Below, one piece after another: positions 40,424 to 49,915 of a stretch of 64,000 nt of DNA. The stretch spans positions 442 through 64,441 of the forward strand of contig JBBRPE010000003.1 of assembly GCA_038228545.1 (NCBI GenBank), in the 5' to 3' direction. Each line of letters opens with the position of its first letter. Within the stretch, counting starts at the first letter, position 1. Below the pieces are notes generated by a model. That model was not told the origin of the DNA. It saw only the letters and a program-made list of their open reading frames with translations, and did not search any database. Source of the DNA: Minisyncoccia bacterium (GTDB lineage: Bacteria; Patescibacteriota; Minisyncoccia; Phycocordibacterales; Phycocordibacteraceae). A program made the translations under genes and the position numbers.

Positions 40424-41131
40424 CTAGCGGACAAAGGTGAAGCTTTTAAGGGTTGCCTCGAGGGCTGTATAGGAGGCGTCCAACTTTGCCTGTGGTATGT
40501 CAGCTTTGCTTACGGGGTCGTCGCGATAACTAGAACCGGTCTTAATCTGTTCAAGTGCGATACAGGTGCCATTACGAAGTGTTCGATAACTAACGCCCTG
40601 TACGTACTGCATCATAGCCGCGTCCTGGAAGCTAAAGACTTTCCACGTCGCTCCGCCGAACACCGCGTCAGGAAGTGCTACTTCTGCCTGGGCAGTTGCT
40701 GCCGTTTCGCAACGGGCCAGCTCCTTTGGGTCGTTGCTTGCACCAATGCGAATTTCAGCATCAAAGTAACGTGGATAGGAATGGTCTGACTGTGCTCGCT
40801 CACCGATTATGGAAATAATTGGCGTCCCCGTTCCCTCGGGAAGTGCATTCTCGCGCCAATTCGCCGGCAAATGATAAAACGATGTGAATGTGTAGTCCGT
40901 ACGATATGTTTCAGGGTAGGTAATGGTGAATCCGTGCTCGCCGTCGGTAAATATAGCTTTACCCGTAAGGTTCGGTGTTGAGGACGCTGTTTGGTTTGCG
41001 GTGATTGCCTGGTGGTGAGATACCACCATAAAAAGGGCCGCAGCAATGCCGATAACCATAACAAGTCCGAGAACGATGAGGGAATTCTTAGTCATACGTA
41101 CAGTATATTGCGTTTGCACTCGCGTCACCAC
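40424..41131 (-). CDS. Hypothetical membrane-anchored/secreted protein
   Basis: N-terminal TM (LIVLGLVMVIGIAAALFMVV) then a soluble domain. An alternative start lies at the internal Met (41095). Confidence 0.55.
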   Translation of the reverse strand: MVTRVQTQYTVRMTKNSLIVLGLVMVIGIAAALFMVVSHHQAITANQTASSTPNLTGKAIFTDGEHGFTITYPETYRTDYTFTSFYHLPANWRENALPEGTGTPIISIIGERAQSDHSYPRYFDAEIRIGASNDPKELARCETAATAQAEVALPDAVFGGATWKVFSFQDAAMMQYVQGVSYRTLRNGTCIALEQIKTGSSYRDDPVSKADIPQAKLDASYTALEATLKSFTFVR

Positions 41132-41155
41132 GAGCAGTGGGTGAAAAGAGAGAGC

Positions 41156-42139
41156 TTACTGCGTAAGACTGGAAGAGCCATCAAGCATCTGCGTTCTATT
41201 TATATCGCTCTGCGACGCTGCAGTATGCGGGATAGCGACATCCGTCTTTGATGTAAACGCATTAGACGAAGTAAACAGGTGTCCACGGAACGTAGTGCTT
41301 GCAGTGAGGTGCAGGTCGCGCGGTATCCGAACTGTTGTTCGAGCTCTAACTGCATTCGGCGTACTTGAGCTTGTCGAAGCATTCTTCGTCATGGCGGCCA
41401 TAGTACGGACAGCGGAAGGCTCTGTTGAAGTCGCACTACCGTTACCCGTGTCGTTCGAAGACGCGAGTATGGCATCGGTAACGGATGTTGTGTTTGCTAT
41501 ATCCTGCGACGTAGCAACCACAATACGTAGGAGACCGGCACTTTCCTCGGAATCGTTTGTTGTAACAGCTCCAAGTGCCTGTGCTTCTCCGGCGAGGTTT
41601 GCGGCGAGGTTTGCCTTTATGGTCTCGGCTCCCGCAGTGTCTCCGGTAGAGGCAAGTTCGTCCGCTTTCTTCGCGGCATTCTTGATACGAACAGCAAATT
41701 CAGTAGCAAGATAGGTTTGACGGTCTGTAGTGAGCGTTCCGCGCGACGCGAGTGTAACCGCTTCGTCTACACGACGGGTTGCAAGTTCTGCCGCAACCTT
41801 CGCCTGACCGGACGCGGTCGGCGCAAGTGCCGTCATGACCGGTTCATTTATATGTATTTTAAGTGCGTAAAGTGCATCTCCAGGAGCACTCGTGTCCGCG
41901 GCAAGCGTGACACCTCCACCAAGAGTAACGACCAGCATAAGGCCGAGAGCATATGCCGGAAAACGGCGCGACATGATAAAGCTAAAGATGCCGCTGTAAG
42001 CGCTACTAGTTTGAAGTGCTTCGGAAGCAATGTGCATATCCGTATACAGCACAAGACGCTCTCGCATAGCGAGGCGTTCATTACTCGAAAGGGTGATTCC
42101 CTTCAGTCGGTTTAGAAATGTGGTGGTGAAATCATTCAT
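41156..42139 (-). CDS. Putative anti-sigma factor / DUF5667-like membrane protein
   Basis: It overlaps the ECF sigma gene stop by 8 nt and lies immediately downstream. One TM (YALGLMLVVTLGGGVTLA) and an Ala/Thr-rich extracytoplasmic domain. Confidence 0.55.
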   Translation of the reverse strand: MNDFTTTFLNRLKGITLSSNERLAMRERLVLYTDMHIASEALQTSSAYSGIFSFIMSRRFPAYALGLMLVVTLGGGVTLAADTSAPGDALYALKIHINEPVMTALAPTASGQAKVAAELATRRVDEAVTLASRGTLTTDRQTYLATEFAVRIKNAAKKADELASTGDTAGAETIKANLAANLAGEAQALGAVTTNDSEESAGLLRIVVATSQDIANTTSVTDAILASSNDTGNGSATSTEPSAVRTMAAMTKNASTSSSTPNAVRARTTVRIPRDLHLTASTTFRGHLFTSSNAFTSKTDVAIPHTAASQSDINRTQMLDGSSSLTQ

Positions 42140-42638
42140 GGACGTGTAGGCGCTCTTGAACTTTCTTTAGTGCGCGGTTGATACGAACTGAAACAGCGTT
42201 TGCGGTCTCTCCTGTTATCTCTGCAATATCTTTAGGTGACATGCCCTCAACAAAACGCAGGGTGAGTGCTTCACGTGACGGCTCATCGAGGTCTCGAACG
42301 ACATCGAGGACTTCGCGCATTTCGGCATGTTCGGAAATCTTCTTGTGGTCGTCTCCGGCAAATTCGAAACCTTCATCCGTGAGCATGTCGAGTGACTGTT
42401 CCCTCTTTTTTCGGTACCAGTCAATTATGAGATTGCGGGCAATGGTATACAGGAGTGCCCTCTCATTTCCAATGTCGGTACCAAGGCGAAGCTGCTGCCA
42501 GAAGCGCATAAATGCGTCCTGAGTAATGTCCTGGGCCACTTCGCGTCCAGAGACCTTCATGGTACAGAAACGAAAAATATCGTCAGCGTACCGGTCATAG
42601 GCCGCTAGGAATTGCTCTTTTGTCTCGTCTTGGTCCAT
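42132..42638 (-). CDS. ECF-type RNA polymerase sigma-70 factor
   Basis: Region 2 (AQDITQDAFMRFWQQL...LYTIARNLIIDWYRKK) and region 4 HTH (MSPKDIAEITGETANAVSVRINRALKKV), 168 aa. Confidence 0.9.
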   Translation of the reverse strand: MDQDETKEQFLAAYDRYADDIFRFCTMKVSGREVAQDITQDAFMRFWQQLRLGTDIGNERALLYTIARNLIIDWYRKKREQSLDMLTDEGFEFAGDDHKKISEHAEMREVLDVVRDLDEPSREALTLRFVEGMSPKDIAEITGETANAVSVRINRALKKVQERLHVHE

Positions 42639-42785
42639 AAAGTATGACGGGGGTACCCAGTCACTCTTACCTCGACGGCATAGAGTTCATAGGTGTATTC
42701 CATATGCTAACAGAGGTCCTGTACAAGCGCGACTGACAAAAGGAAAATCCCCGTGTGGGGATTTTCCTGCACATGAGTAGCAAGA

Positions 42786-43271
42786 CTACCGAGTCGCTTT
42801 CTTCACGGCCTTTTTGACGGTCTTTGTCACTTTCTTTACTGCGCCCGATACCTTCTTCACATTCTTCTTCACCGTTGCCGATGGCATCAGTTCCGCATGA
42901 ATACGGTGCCAATTCTTCTTGAGTTCTTTTGCGGCAACCTGCACATCAGTGTGAGCTACGCCGCGCATGCCCTGGTAGGCAGCCGCAGCCTCATCAACAA
43001 CACGAGCGACGGATGAGGAGTCAATCTTCTTAAGTGACTTCACTCCTTTCTGCACATCCTTCTGCATGCCCTTTGCCCACTTGCTTGCGGCCTGGCGATG
43101 CTTCTTTGCATGTGCCGTTCCGTAGAAGTAGTAGCTCGCGGCGCCGGCTGCTGCAGCAGCAGCAAGAGCAGCGGTTCCTGCGGCAACGGCCGGTCCGACT
43201 CCACTCTTCTTTGCGGTCTTCTTTACTGCTTTCTTTGGAGCAGATTTCTTCGTAGTCTTTTTAGTTGCCAT
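42786..43271 (-). CDS. Lys/Ala-rich histone-H1-like hypothetical protein
   Basis: KKxxKK tails at both termini (MATKKTTKKSAPKKAVKKTAKK ... KKVTKTVKKAVKKATR) and a central Ala-rich hydrophobic stretch. Confidence 0.5.
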   Translation of the reverse strand: MATKKTTKKSAPKKAVKKTAKKSGVGPAVAAGTAALAAAAAAGAASYYFYGTAHAKKHRQAASKWAKGMQKDVQKGVKSLKKIDSSSVARVVDEAAAAYQGMRGVAHTDVQVAAKELKKNWHRIHAELMPSATVKKNVKKVSGAVKKVTKTVKKAVKKATR

Positions 43272-43293
43272 GGATTCGAATTATGAATATGCG

Positions 43294-43590
43294 TTAGGAT
43301 TTCTTCGTCGAGCGGCGCTTTGGTTTTTTTCCTCCAATGGAGAGGAAATCAAGAATGTGTGTTGCACGCATTCCTTCTTCCTGCACCTTCGCTCGAACAC
43401 CGGCTATATCTTCACGGAGTTTATGTCCTTCTTCTTCTACCATAACGGAGATATCTTCGATGTTCTTCAAAATTCTAAGCACCCGAATGAGAACCCATGC
43501 CAAGAGAATAGTCATGATGACTACCGCAATGGTGGTCACCACGAAGAAAATATCCATCTTGAGGAATTCATTCATACCGGTATCTCTCAT
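43294..43590 (-). CDS. Small membrane-anchored protein (DUF948-like)
   Basis: Internal Met (MRDTGMNEFLKMDIFFVVTTIAVVIMTILLAWVLI) then a charged helical tail. The upstream portion of ORF 43294..43737 is likely non-coding. Confidence 0.4.
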   Translation of the reverse strand: MRDTGMNEFLKMDIFFVVTTIAVVIMTILLAWVLIRVLRILKNIEDISVMVEEEGHKLREDIAGVRAKVQEEGMRATHILDFLSIGGKKPKRRSTKKS

Positions 43591-43655
43591 GGTAGCGTGC
43601 CCCGCCCCTGACGCAATGCGTAAAGCGGGGTTTTCCACAGGGGTATACTTCACGT

Positions 43656-43925
43656 ATGCCTCATGTATCAGAGCAGGAAATGGATAACGTGCTTGCCGCA
43701 GCTGGAGATGCAGTGGAAATAGGCGCTCGTTACACACATTACAAGAGCGAGGAGAAAGAGTACGAAGTTACCAGTTTTTGCATTATCGAATCAGACGACT
43801 CTGTAGGGGTGCTCTACAAAGCGCTCTACGGTCGCGGGTTCCTTTTTATGCGGCCTCTTTCGGGTTTCACCGCGAACGTAGAGCACGAGGGCAGAACCGT
43901 AGCGCGCTTCAAAAAAGTTTCCTAG
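43656..43925 (+). CDS. DUF1653 domain protein
   Basis: YTHYKSEEKEYEVTSFCIIESDDSVGVLYKALYGRGFLFMRPLSGFTANVEHEGRTVARF matches the recalled DUF1653 pattern (Y.HYKG..Y.V...A.HSET.E..VVY..LYG....W.RP...F...VE..G..v.RF). Confidence 0.6.
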   Translation: MPHVSEQEMDNVLAAAGDAVEIGARYTHYKSEEKEYEVTSFCIIESDDSVGVLYKALYGRGFLFMRPLSGFTANVEHEGRTVARFKKVS

Positions 43926-44530
43926 AGACTGCGTATGTCTTCTACGAGCTCATTGAATTCGGCCTGATTGAAATGCTGGCGGTTAGCGAATGTGCGCACG
44001 ACAGCACCAGGTAGACGAACGACAAACTTATCGAGCTCCGCAAAGCCAACGACTGGGTCGTCGTCGCTGTGATACAGGAATAGCTGTCCTCCCTGTTCAG
44101 ATAGCCGTGCAAGATCGTTCGTTATGTTGAATTCCACGAGCGTACGCTCTCCATCGGCATCAAACGGTGCTGACACGAGGAAAGTAGCGTGCACTGCGAT
44201 CGGAAGCGATTCCTCTGAGAGGAATTTTGCTAAAAATACACCACCAAGTGAGTGGCCCACGAGTATCACGCCGTCATTGAGCTGTGGAAGCAATTTCTCA
44301 AAATAGATTTTCCACTCGCGATATTTAGCATTCTGTGGATTCGGCATACGCGGGAGAAGTACCTCGTACTCGTGCCCTAGAACCTTTTGGAGATTCTTTT
44401 TCCAGTCATTGAAATTCATCCATTCAAGACTGACTACTATTTTGCTGAAATTCGAAATGAATTCTTCGTAGGTCGCGTAGGAATCTCCACCGTGTATAGC
44501 CACCACCTGCTTCATGCGCTCAGTATACAT
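43922..44530 (-). CDS. Alpha/beta-hydrolase fold serine hydrolase (YdeN/RBBP9-like)
   Basis: GHSLGG nucleophile elbow, VAIHGG, downstream Asp/His candidates, ~200 aa. Confidence 0.75.
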   Translation of the reverse strand: MYTERMKQVVAIHGGDSYATYEEFISNFSKIVVSLEWMNFNDWKKNLQKVLGHEYEVLLPRMPNPQNAKYREWKIYFEKLLPQLNDGVILVGHSLGGVFLAKFLSEESLPIAVHATFLVSAPFDADGERTLVEFNITNDLARLSEQGGQLFLYHSDDDPVVGFAELDKFVVRLPGAVVRTFANRQHFNQAEFNELVEDIRSL

Positions 44531-44627
44531 ATCATGGTATTGTCACCCTATGCCCACATCTCCACGCCGTACCAATAGAGAAAGTGCCCGCAGGAAAGCT
44601 CCGGAAGCTCCGGCAAGCATCTGGCCT

Positions 44628-45320
44628 ATGCGTATTAATAAATTCCTTGCTCACAAGGGACACGCTACCCGTCGCGAGGCCGATACGCTTGTCGAGAAGG
44701 GACTCGTCTCGCTCAACGGCAAGACTGCGAAACTGGGCGACAAGGTACTAGAAACAGATACTGTTGAAGTGAAGACTCGTGTGCTACGTCAGTACGTATA
44801 CCTTGCCTTCCACAAACCAAAGGGTCTGGTGACCCTCGCAGACGAAAAGGGTGAAAAAGACATTATGGATATGCTTCCGTCTGATTTGAAACGACTTCAT
44901 CTGTTCCCACTTGGTCGCTTAGACAAGTCGTCGTCGGGTCTCATACTGCTCACGAACGATGGCCGTGTTACCGATCGTCTCCTTAATCCCGATCGTGACC
45001 ACGTAAAGATTTACGAAGTCTCGACCAAGTTACCGCTTCGTCCATCATTTGCCGAACATATGGCAAAAGGTGTTGATATTGAAGGGTATGTCACCAAGGC
45101 AGCAGATGTAGAAGTGACCGGAGACGATCGCTTCCGTATTACGCTCACCGAGGGCAAGAAGCACCAGATTCGGCGCATGGTGGTTGCGATGCATAACGAA
45201 GTAAAGGAACTTCGGCGCATCAGTATCATGAACATTTCACTTGGTCGCATCCCAGTCGGAAGCTATCGTCGCATTGAGGGCAAGGAACTTGCCACCTTTC
45301 TTGAATCGCTCGGACTGTAG
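44628..45320 (+). CDS. rsuA: Pseudouridine synthase, RsuA/RluB family
   Basis: N-terminal S4 domain (MRINKFLAHKGHATRREADTLV) and a catalytic HLFPLGRLDKSSSGLILLTNDG motif (Asp nucleophile). Start placed at the MRINKFL Met. Confidence 0.88.
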   Translation: MRINKFLAHKGHATRREADTLVEKGLVSLNGKTAKLGDKVLETDTVEVKTRVLRQYVYLAFHKPKGLVTLADEKGEKDIMDMLPSDLKRLHLFPLGRLDKSSSGLILLTNDGRVTDRLLNPDRDHVKIYEVSTKLPLRPSFAEHMAKGVDIEGYVTKAADVEVTGDDRFRITLTEGKKHQIRRMVVAMHNEVKELRRISIMNISLGRIPVGSYRRIEGKELATFLESLGL

Positions 45321-45330
45321 TTCTCGCGAA

Positions 45331-46437
45331 CTATTGGTACTGAATGAAGATGGGTGAAGGCTGGAGATCTAGTACTTCTCGTGGCGTCAGCATGCGGGTA
45401 GACGGAGGGAGGAGGTCGTTCTTATAGAAAAGTTTAAAGCCTGCGAATTGCACCGGTTCCATTTGAATAACGCGCTTGTACGTATTTATCTTTTTCGCAC
45501 CAAATCCCCAGCCGTCCATGTCCATGATTACTTGCACGTTTGCAGTAGGGGCAATGCTTCGTGAGCCCGTCACCATAGCCTCCGTAAACCGATGCACGAC
45601 AAGTATCTTCGGCGGGAGATTGTTATCAGTCGCAATCTTGTCGAGAAAATTAATCGCAAAGTTTATATCGCTTGAACTCATCGTACCTATGACACGCCCC
45701 GGCTTTACGCCGTTGTGCATCGAGAATTCTGGATCTAGTGCCAAGTGCACGTTCGGAAGTTTCAAAAAAGGCTCGAGGCGCGGAAGCTCGCTCGGTAAGT
45801 CTGACAGTCCTACCTGGACGTCTAATATTACTATCCCGTGAACTTGGCTCGCCAAATCAACAGCCTTTTGTATTTCGGTTGCAGGCATACGCAGGCGGTA
45901 CGTGTTATCGGGCTGTGGGCTTCCCTGAGCAGTGTCGACAATGTAATCGATTGCAGGAATGACCGGTGTAGAGGGGTCTGCGTCCTGCCACTGCTTCACC
46001 GTGGCTTGCAACTGCGGAATCATGACTGAAGGTGGGTTCTGGCCGAGTATACCCATTTTCGTCGAGTAGAAGTTGCCGTAATAGGCAACGATGCGATTGA
46101 ACGGCAGTAGTGCACCTGCCTTTGGATACACAGTCTTAGCGGGCCACGTGTGGGGTTTCGTTGTTGATGCGGTCGAGGTTCCGACTGGTGCAGGATAATT
46201 CGCAAGTTTCTGCATGCGTCGGTCGTAGTCAGCAACGTTAAGCGTTACCGGCGTTGTTGTTGCCTTAGGCGTGAAAAGTCCTTTCACCGTAGAAGTGCCT
46301 TGCGCTTCTACACGGTCATAACGACCAGCGAATAGTTCGGGAAGCGCGACGAAATAAATAAGGACGGCAATGAGTACCCCGCCAAGAGCTACATAGGCAT
46401 AGGGAAGCTTTTTTACGCTTACGGGAGACACGGTCAT
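45331..46437 (-). CDS. Hypothetical membrane-anchored extracytoplasmic protein
   Basis: 368 aa with an N-terminal TM (LPYAYVALGGVLIAVLIYFVAL). No motif assigned. Confidence 0.55.
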   Translation of the reverse strand: MTVSPVSVKKLPYAYVALGGVLIAVLIYFVALPELFAGRYDRVEAQGTSTVKGLFTPKATTTPVTLNVADYDRRMQKLANYPAPVGTSTASTTKPHTWPAKTVYPKAGALLPFNRIVAYYGNFYSTKMGILGQNPPSVMIPQLQATVKQWQDADPSTPVIPAIDYIVDTAQGSPQPDNTYRLRMPATEIQKAVDLASQVHGIVILDVQVGLSDLPSELPRLEPFLKLPNVHLALDPEFSMHNGVKPGRVIGTMSSSDINFAINFLDKIATDNNLPPKILVVHRFTEAMVTGSRSIAPTANVQVIMDMDGWGFGAKKINTYKRVIQMEPVQFAGFKLFYKNDLLPPSTRMLTPREVLDLQPSPIFIQYQ

Positions 46438-46484
46438 GATAGTGCCATACTACGCTATTTGAGCGAGTAACAAAAATACCGGTA

Positions 46485-46838
46485 TCAGTGCTTCAGTACG
46501 AGAAGGTGCAAATGAAAATGTGGCGGAATAGTACGTGTACGGTGCGTTGATTCAATAAAGTTATCGTACTTCCCCTGTAGTTCGTCAGAATACTTTATCT
46601 GCATAAACTCCTCTCGCTCTTCGTCTGTGAGCTCGCTTTCCGTGGCATGACGCAGAGGCAGCAACATGTTGTGTTCTGCCGCTATGAGGTCATACGGAAA
46701 CAGATTTGAAACGATTTTCCAGTGCACAAAGGTTTTCAGCGATTCACGGTTACAAAGCGCACAAGCGGTTTTGAATTCGTTAGTCTGCATGACCTCTCGG
46801 TAACGCTGACTCAATTCAGTGGAGCGGAAAACAGGCAT
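46485..46838 (-). CDS. HIT-family (histidine triad) protein
   Basis: C-terminal HFHLHLL (H-phi-H-phi-H-phi-phi) and an N-terminal CALC zinc-ribbon-like pair, 117 aa. Confidence 0.55.
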   Translation of the reverse strand: MPVFRSTELSQRYREVMQTNEFKTACALCNRESLKTFVHWKIVSNLFPYDLIAAEHNMLLPLRHATESELTDEEREEFMQIKYSDELQGKYDNFIESTHRTRTIPPHFHLHLLVLKH

Positions 46839-46861
46839 AGCAAAGGTGATATGGGTAAAGT

Positions 46862-47338
46862 CTACAGTTTTTTTGATAATCTGAAGTACGTAAGGGTGAA
46901 TGGATATCCTGGGATAAGACGCACCTGTAACTTGCCAAGATATTCTCCAGGTGCGACTTCGACGATTTCGTCGAGTACTGGACGGAGCCAGAGCGGGTTC
47001 GTTAGACTATTGTACTCAATTTGAACGACGAGGCGATTATCGTGTACACCAGGACCGATAGAAAGTGTAAACGGATACTTTTCAATGAATGTTCCGGATG
47101 CAGTCGAAAATAGATTAATCCCGGAGTGAGTTGCTGCATTGAATTTCTTGCCAAGCCAGGAAACTTTTGGACCGGTTACCGTGCCTGCATATGTACCATT
47201 TGGCAAAGTGTCTGTTTCAAGTGCATGGGTGAAGCTTGTTTGATCCTGCGTCCACAGCAATTGATTCGTTCGTACTAGTAGTAGTACTAGTACAGTGACG
47301 AGCACCAGGGCAATGATTTTGAGGGCTAGCAGTAGCAT
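46862..47338 (-). CDS. Hypothetical membrane-anchored protein
   Basis: N-terminal TM (LLLALKIIALVLVTVLVLLLV), 158 aa. Confidence 0.5.
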   Translation of the reverse strand: MLLLALKIIALVLVTVLVLLLVRTNQLLWTQDQTSFTHALETDTLPNGTYAGTVTGPKVSWLGKKFNAATHSGINLFSTASGTFIEKYPFTLSIGPGVHDNRLVVQIEYNSLTNPLWLRPVLDEIVEVAPGEYLGKLQVRLIPGYPFTLTYFRLSKKL

Positions 47339-47388
47339 GCAGGTAGCGTAGCACGTAGCATTTGACTGGAACCGAGTAAGAAACAGCC

Positions 47389-47428
47389 GGCAGGGAACCC
47401 CGCCGGCTGTTTCTTTTCTAGTTTCGCC
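47389..47428. terminator. Bidirectional terminator hairpin
   Basis: cagccggc-agggaacccc-gccggctg followed by TTTCTTTTC. It is downstream of the minus-strand gene ending at 47441. Confidence 0.6.
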
Positions 47429-47440
47429 CGTAACGTATAC

Positions 47441-47779
47441 CTACAGGGGCTTCACCTCCATAACGTCGATGGTTGCACCCGGAATATCCAGATGTGGGTG
47501 ATTTTTGAACATCTCCGCCACTTCTTCGACTGAATTTCCCGCAACATAGGAAGAGAGCATAAGTCCGTTGTTAGTATCCGTAACTCCATCCGCTCGTACG
47601 CGTTTGGTGGCACCCAGACCGATAGTATTCTGTACCGAATCCTTATGGCTAGCGAGCCAGGTATCCCAATCTCCTTTCATCTTGGCTTCTGCTACCTTTC
47701 GTTCTTCTTCAGGCTTCGCCATCCATTCTTTCAGACCTTCGACAGGCATTGCGTATAGTACGGTGAAAAATTTCATATA
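47441..47779 (-). CDS. Hypothetical protein
   Basis: Internal Met start (MKFFTVLYAMPVEGLKEW...) of ORF 47441..47872, 112 aa. Confidence 0.45.
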   Translation of the reverse strand, partial: YMKFFTVLYAMPVEGLKEWMAKPEEERKVAEAKMKGDWDTWLASHKDSVQNTIGLGATKRVRADGVTDTNNGLMLSSYVAGNSVEEVAEMFKNHPHLDIPGATIDVMEVKPL

Positions 47780-47835
47780 AGTATGTCTAGATATAATGCT
47801 GATATGGTACTGCATCCCACATGAGGTTGTGGTGA

Positions 47836-48225
47836 TTACGGGTGTCGTTTGCCGGCCAGGAGCATCACACACGCTTTTTCCACTCTTTTTGCGCGCGTTT
47901 CCGTGTCACTAGCAGCTCCAATCCAATCAGCAAAATCCCTATGTTGGTCCGGTGTGAGCTTCTTCCAATGCGCTTTTGCCTTTGGGAGCTCACCTATGGC
48001 TTTGTACAGATTCATGGGAACAATCGCATAACAGCACGGGCGTTTCTTTCCGCTTGCAAGCCTCGATGGAATGCTATCGAGGCGCCGCTTCCGGGTCTCC
48101 GGTTGCTTAGCCGACTCTATCCAACTCACAAAATCACGATGTGCGATTGACGTTAGCGCATTCCACTGCGCCTTTGCTTTTGCAGTGGTGAGTGATTTGC
48201 GAATCTCCGTTAGAGTTTTTTCCAT
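47836..48225 (-). CDS. YdeI/OmpD-associated-family-like protein with internal tandem duplication
   Basis: Two copies of KAKAxWxxLTxxxxRDFxxWIxxAxxxETRxxR...LAxGKxxP (residues ~15-62 and ~82-129). Confidence 0.5.
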   Translation of the reverse strand: MEKTLTEIRKSLTTAKAKAQWNALTSIAHRDFVSWIESAKQPETRKRRLDSIPSRLASGKKRPCCYAIVPMNLYKAIGELPKAKAHWKKLTPDQHRDFADWIGAASDTETRAKRVEKACVMLLAGKRHP

Positions 48226-48236
48226 AGGATTAGGTA

Positions 48237-49241
48237 TTAATTAATTTCAATATCTACATACGTCACCTGCGGAAACTCCTCTCGTATACTTTTTTCAATC
48301 TCAGCAATACGGTTACCGACAAGACGCGGAATACGGTCGGTGGTACGGAACATGAGCTTCGTGAATTCTTTGAAATCGTCCTTGATATTATCGAATTCGT
48401 CCTGGAGGTCGCCCGCCTCGTATATCTCCTCGTAGAGCGGAGAACCATTCCATTCAACGGCGGCGAAGATTCGATACTTATTCAAATCAACAGCTGCAGA
48501 CTTGAATTCAATAACCTTTTCAACACATGAATCTTTTTCAAGAGCCTCAATAAGCTCGTCCACAATATCTTCATGCAAGGGCATGCCGATAATATATTTG
48601 TGATTCTTTATGATGAGTAGAATTGCCAGGAACCCAAGTATGAGACCCACGGCTATACCACCCAGTGAGTCGTACACTGCATTTCCGGTTATGTAGGTAA
48701 GCCACTGGGCAATAAGAGCAAACAGAACACCAAGCACGGCGACACTGTCTTCATAGACGACAGCAAGAAGTACCGGGTCGCCATCGGAAAAAAGTTCGAC
48801 GGTGAGATTTCCTCCATTTCGCAATTCGTTCACCGCAAGAAACAACGTCATACCCTCTATGAGGAGCGCTACCAAAAGTACGAGAACGCTCAGTGTGCTG
48901 AATACCGGCGCTTGGTGGCTTACCTGGAGCAAGGATTCGATAGAGTGGTAGAGAGAAATACCCGCGCCAATGAATAACACACCGCACGCGGACACGAGCG
49001 ACCAAAAGAAGCGCTCAATACCATAACCGTAGCCATGAATGTCGTCGGCGGGTCGCTTAGAGCGCTGAATTCCTATGAGGAGGAGCGACTGATTGAGTGT
49101 GTCTGCAATACTATGGACGCTTTCCGCAAACATACTCGCCGAGCCGGTAGCGATTGCCACGACGGTTTTTATGATGGTTATAAATACATTGCCACTAAGA
49201 GCGGCAATGACCGATACTTTTCCTTGGGCGTGTTTGCTCAC
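48237..49241 (-). CDS. Cation diffusion facilitator family metal efflux transporter
   Basis: 6 TM helices with SVHSIADTLNQ and HGYGYGIERF motifs, plus a C-terminal cytoplasmic domain. 334 aa. Confidence 0.9.
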   Translation of the reverse strand: MSKHAQGKVSVIAALSGNVFITIIKTVVAIATGSASMFAESVHSIADTLNQSLLLIGIQRSKRPADDIHGYGYGIERFFWSLVSACGVLFIGAGISLYHSIESLLQVSHQAPVFSTLSVLVLLVALLIEGMTLFLAVNELRNGGNLTVELFSDGDPVLLAVVYEDSVAVLGVLFALIAQWLTYITGNAVYDSLGGIAVGLILGFLAILLIIKNHKYIIGMPLHEDIVDELIEALEKDSCVEKVIEFKSAAVDLNKYRIFAAVEWNGSPLYEEIYEAGDLQDEFDNIKDDFKEFTKLMFRTTDRIPRLVGNRIAEIEKSIREEFPQVTYVDIEIN

Positions 49242-49301
49242 GTACGAAGAGTGTATCAGAAATACGTTGATGTCTGAGACGTGATGAAATGGAGACGGGC
49301 G

Positions 49302-49835
49302 CTAATCAACAACATCGTACCCGAGCTTTCGCGCAACATCCTCTTCCTCAAGAACTTCTCCGGTAAGCGGGTCGTGGCACATATATTCTTTATCCATTGC
49401 AAAATAGGTCGGTGTCTTGCTGTGTTCACCACCTGCGGCCTTCCAGCATGTACTGAGCCATGCATAGAGCATCTCGGACTGTCGAGTACCGAAATCCATT
49501 GCTTCCTTATCTGTGAACTCAACACCGTCAAATGTTTTGGTCTCGTATTCGTCTAGTTCGGAAATAAAGCTTGTTTCGGAACTACTTTCCACATCGTAGT
49601 CAGCGCCCAACTTTTTCTTTCCATCCTCGTCTGTAACTTTGAAGCTATTGTAAACGAGACAGAAATTTTGATCCGCGAATAACTCAAGTGTGCGATATAT
49701 TTCACCTTCTTTCGGCTCCATCTCCACATACGTGCGCATTTTCTCTACGGCCGCTCCCTCAGCACGTTCCAATATCCCAGTAACTTCACCGATAATCTTG
49801 TCCACGCGTTCAATTCCGTTTGGTATAGCTTCCAT
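49302..49835 (-). CDS. Hypothetical acidic protein
   Basis: 177 aa, soluble and acidic. It lies just outside the last att-like repeat of the tRNA-Gln array. Confidence 0.5.
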   Translation of the reverse strand: MEAIPNGIERVDKIIGEVTGILERAEGAAVEKMRTYVEMEPKEGEIYRTLELFADQNFCLVYNSFKVTDEDGKKKLGADYDVESSSETSFISELDEYETKTFDGVEFTDKEAMDFGTRQSEMLYAWLSTCWKAAGGEHSKTPTYFAMDKEYMCHDPLTGEVLEEEDVARKLGYDVVD

Positions 49836-49886
49836 ATGTATAGATTATGCCATGAAATGGATATGCGTCAGAATCTAGATACATCT

Positions 49887-49915
49887 GGCAGACTGGGACG
49901 ATGTTGGAACCTATG
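49887..49915 (-). repeat. att-like repeat 3: degenerate copy of the tRNA-Gln 3' end
   Basis: Minus-strand sequence TAGGTTCCAACATCGTCCCAGTCTGCCAG compared with tRNA-Gln CTAGGTTCGATCCCTAGTCTCCCAGCA. It shares TAGGTTC and CCC(T)AGTCT(C)CCAG. Located directly after the stop of ORF 49911..50534. Confidence 0.6.
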
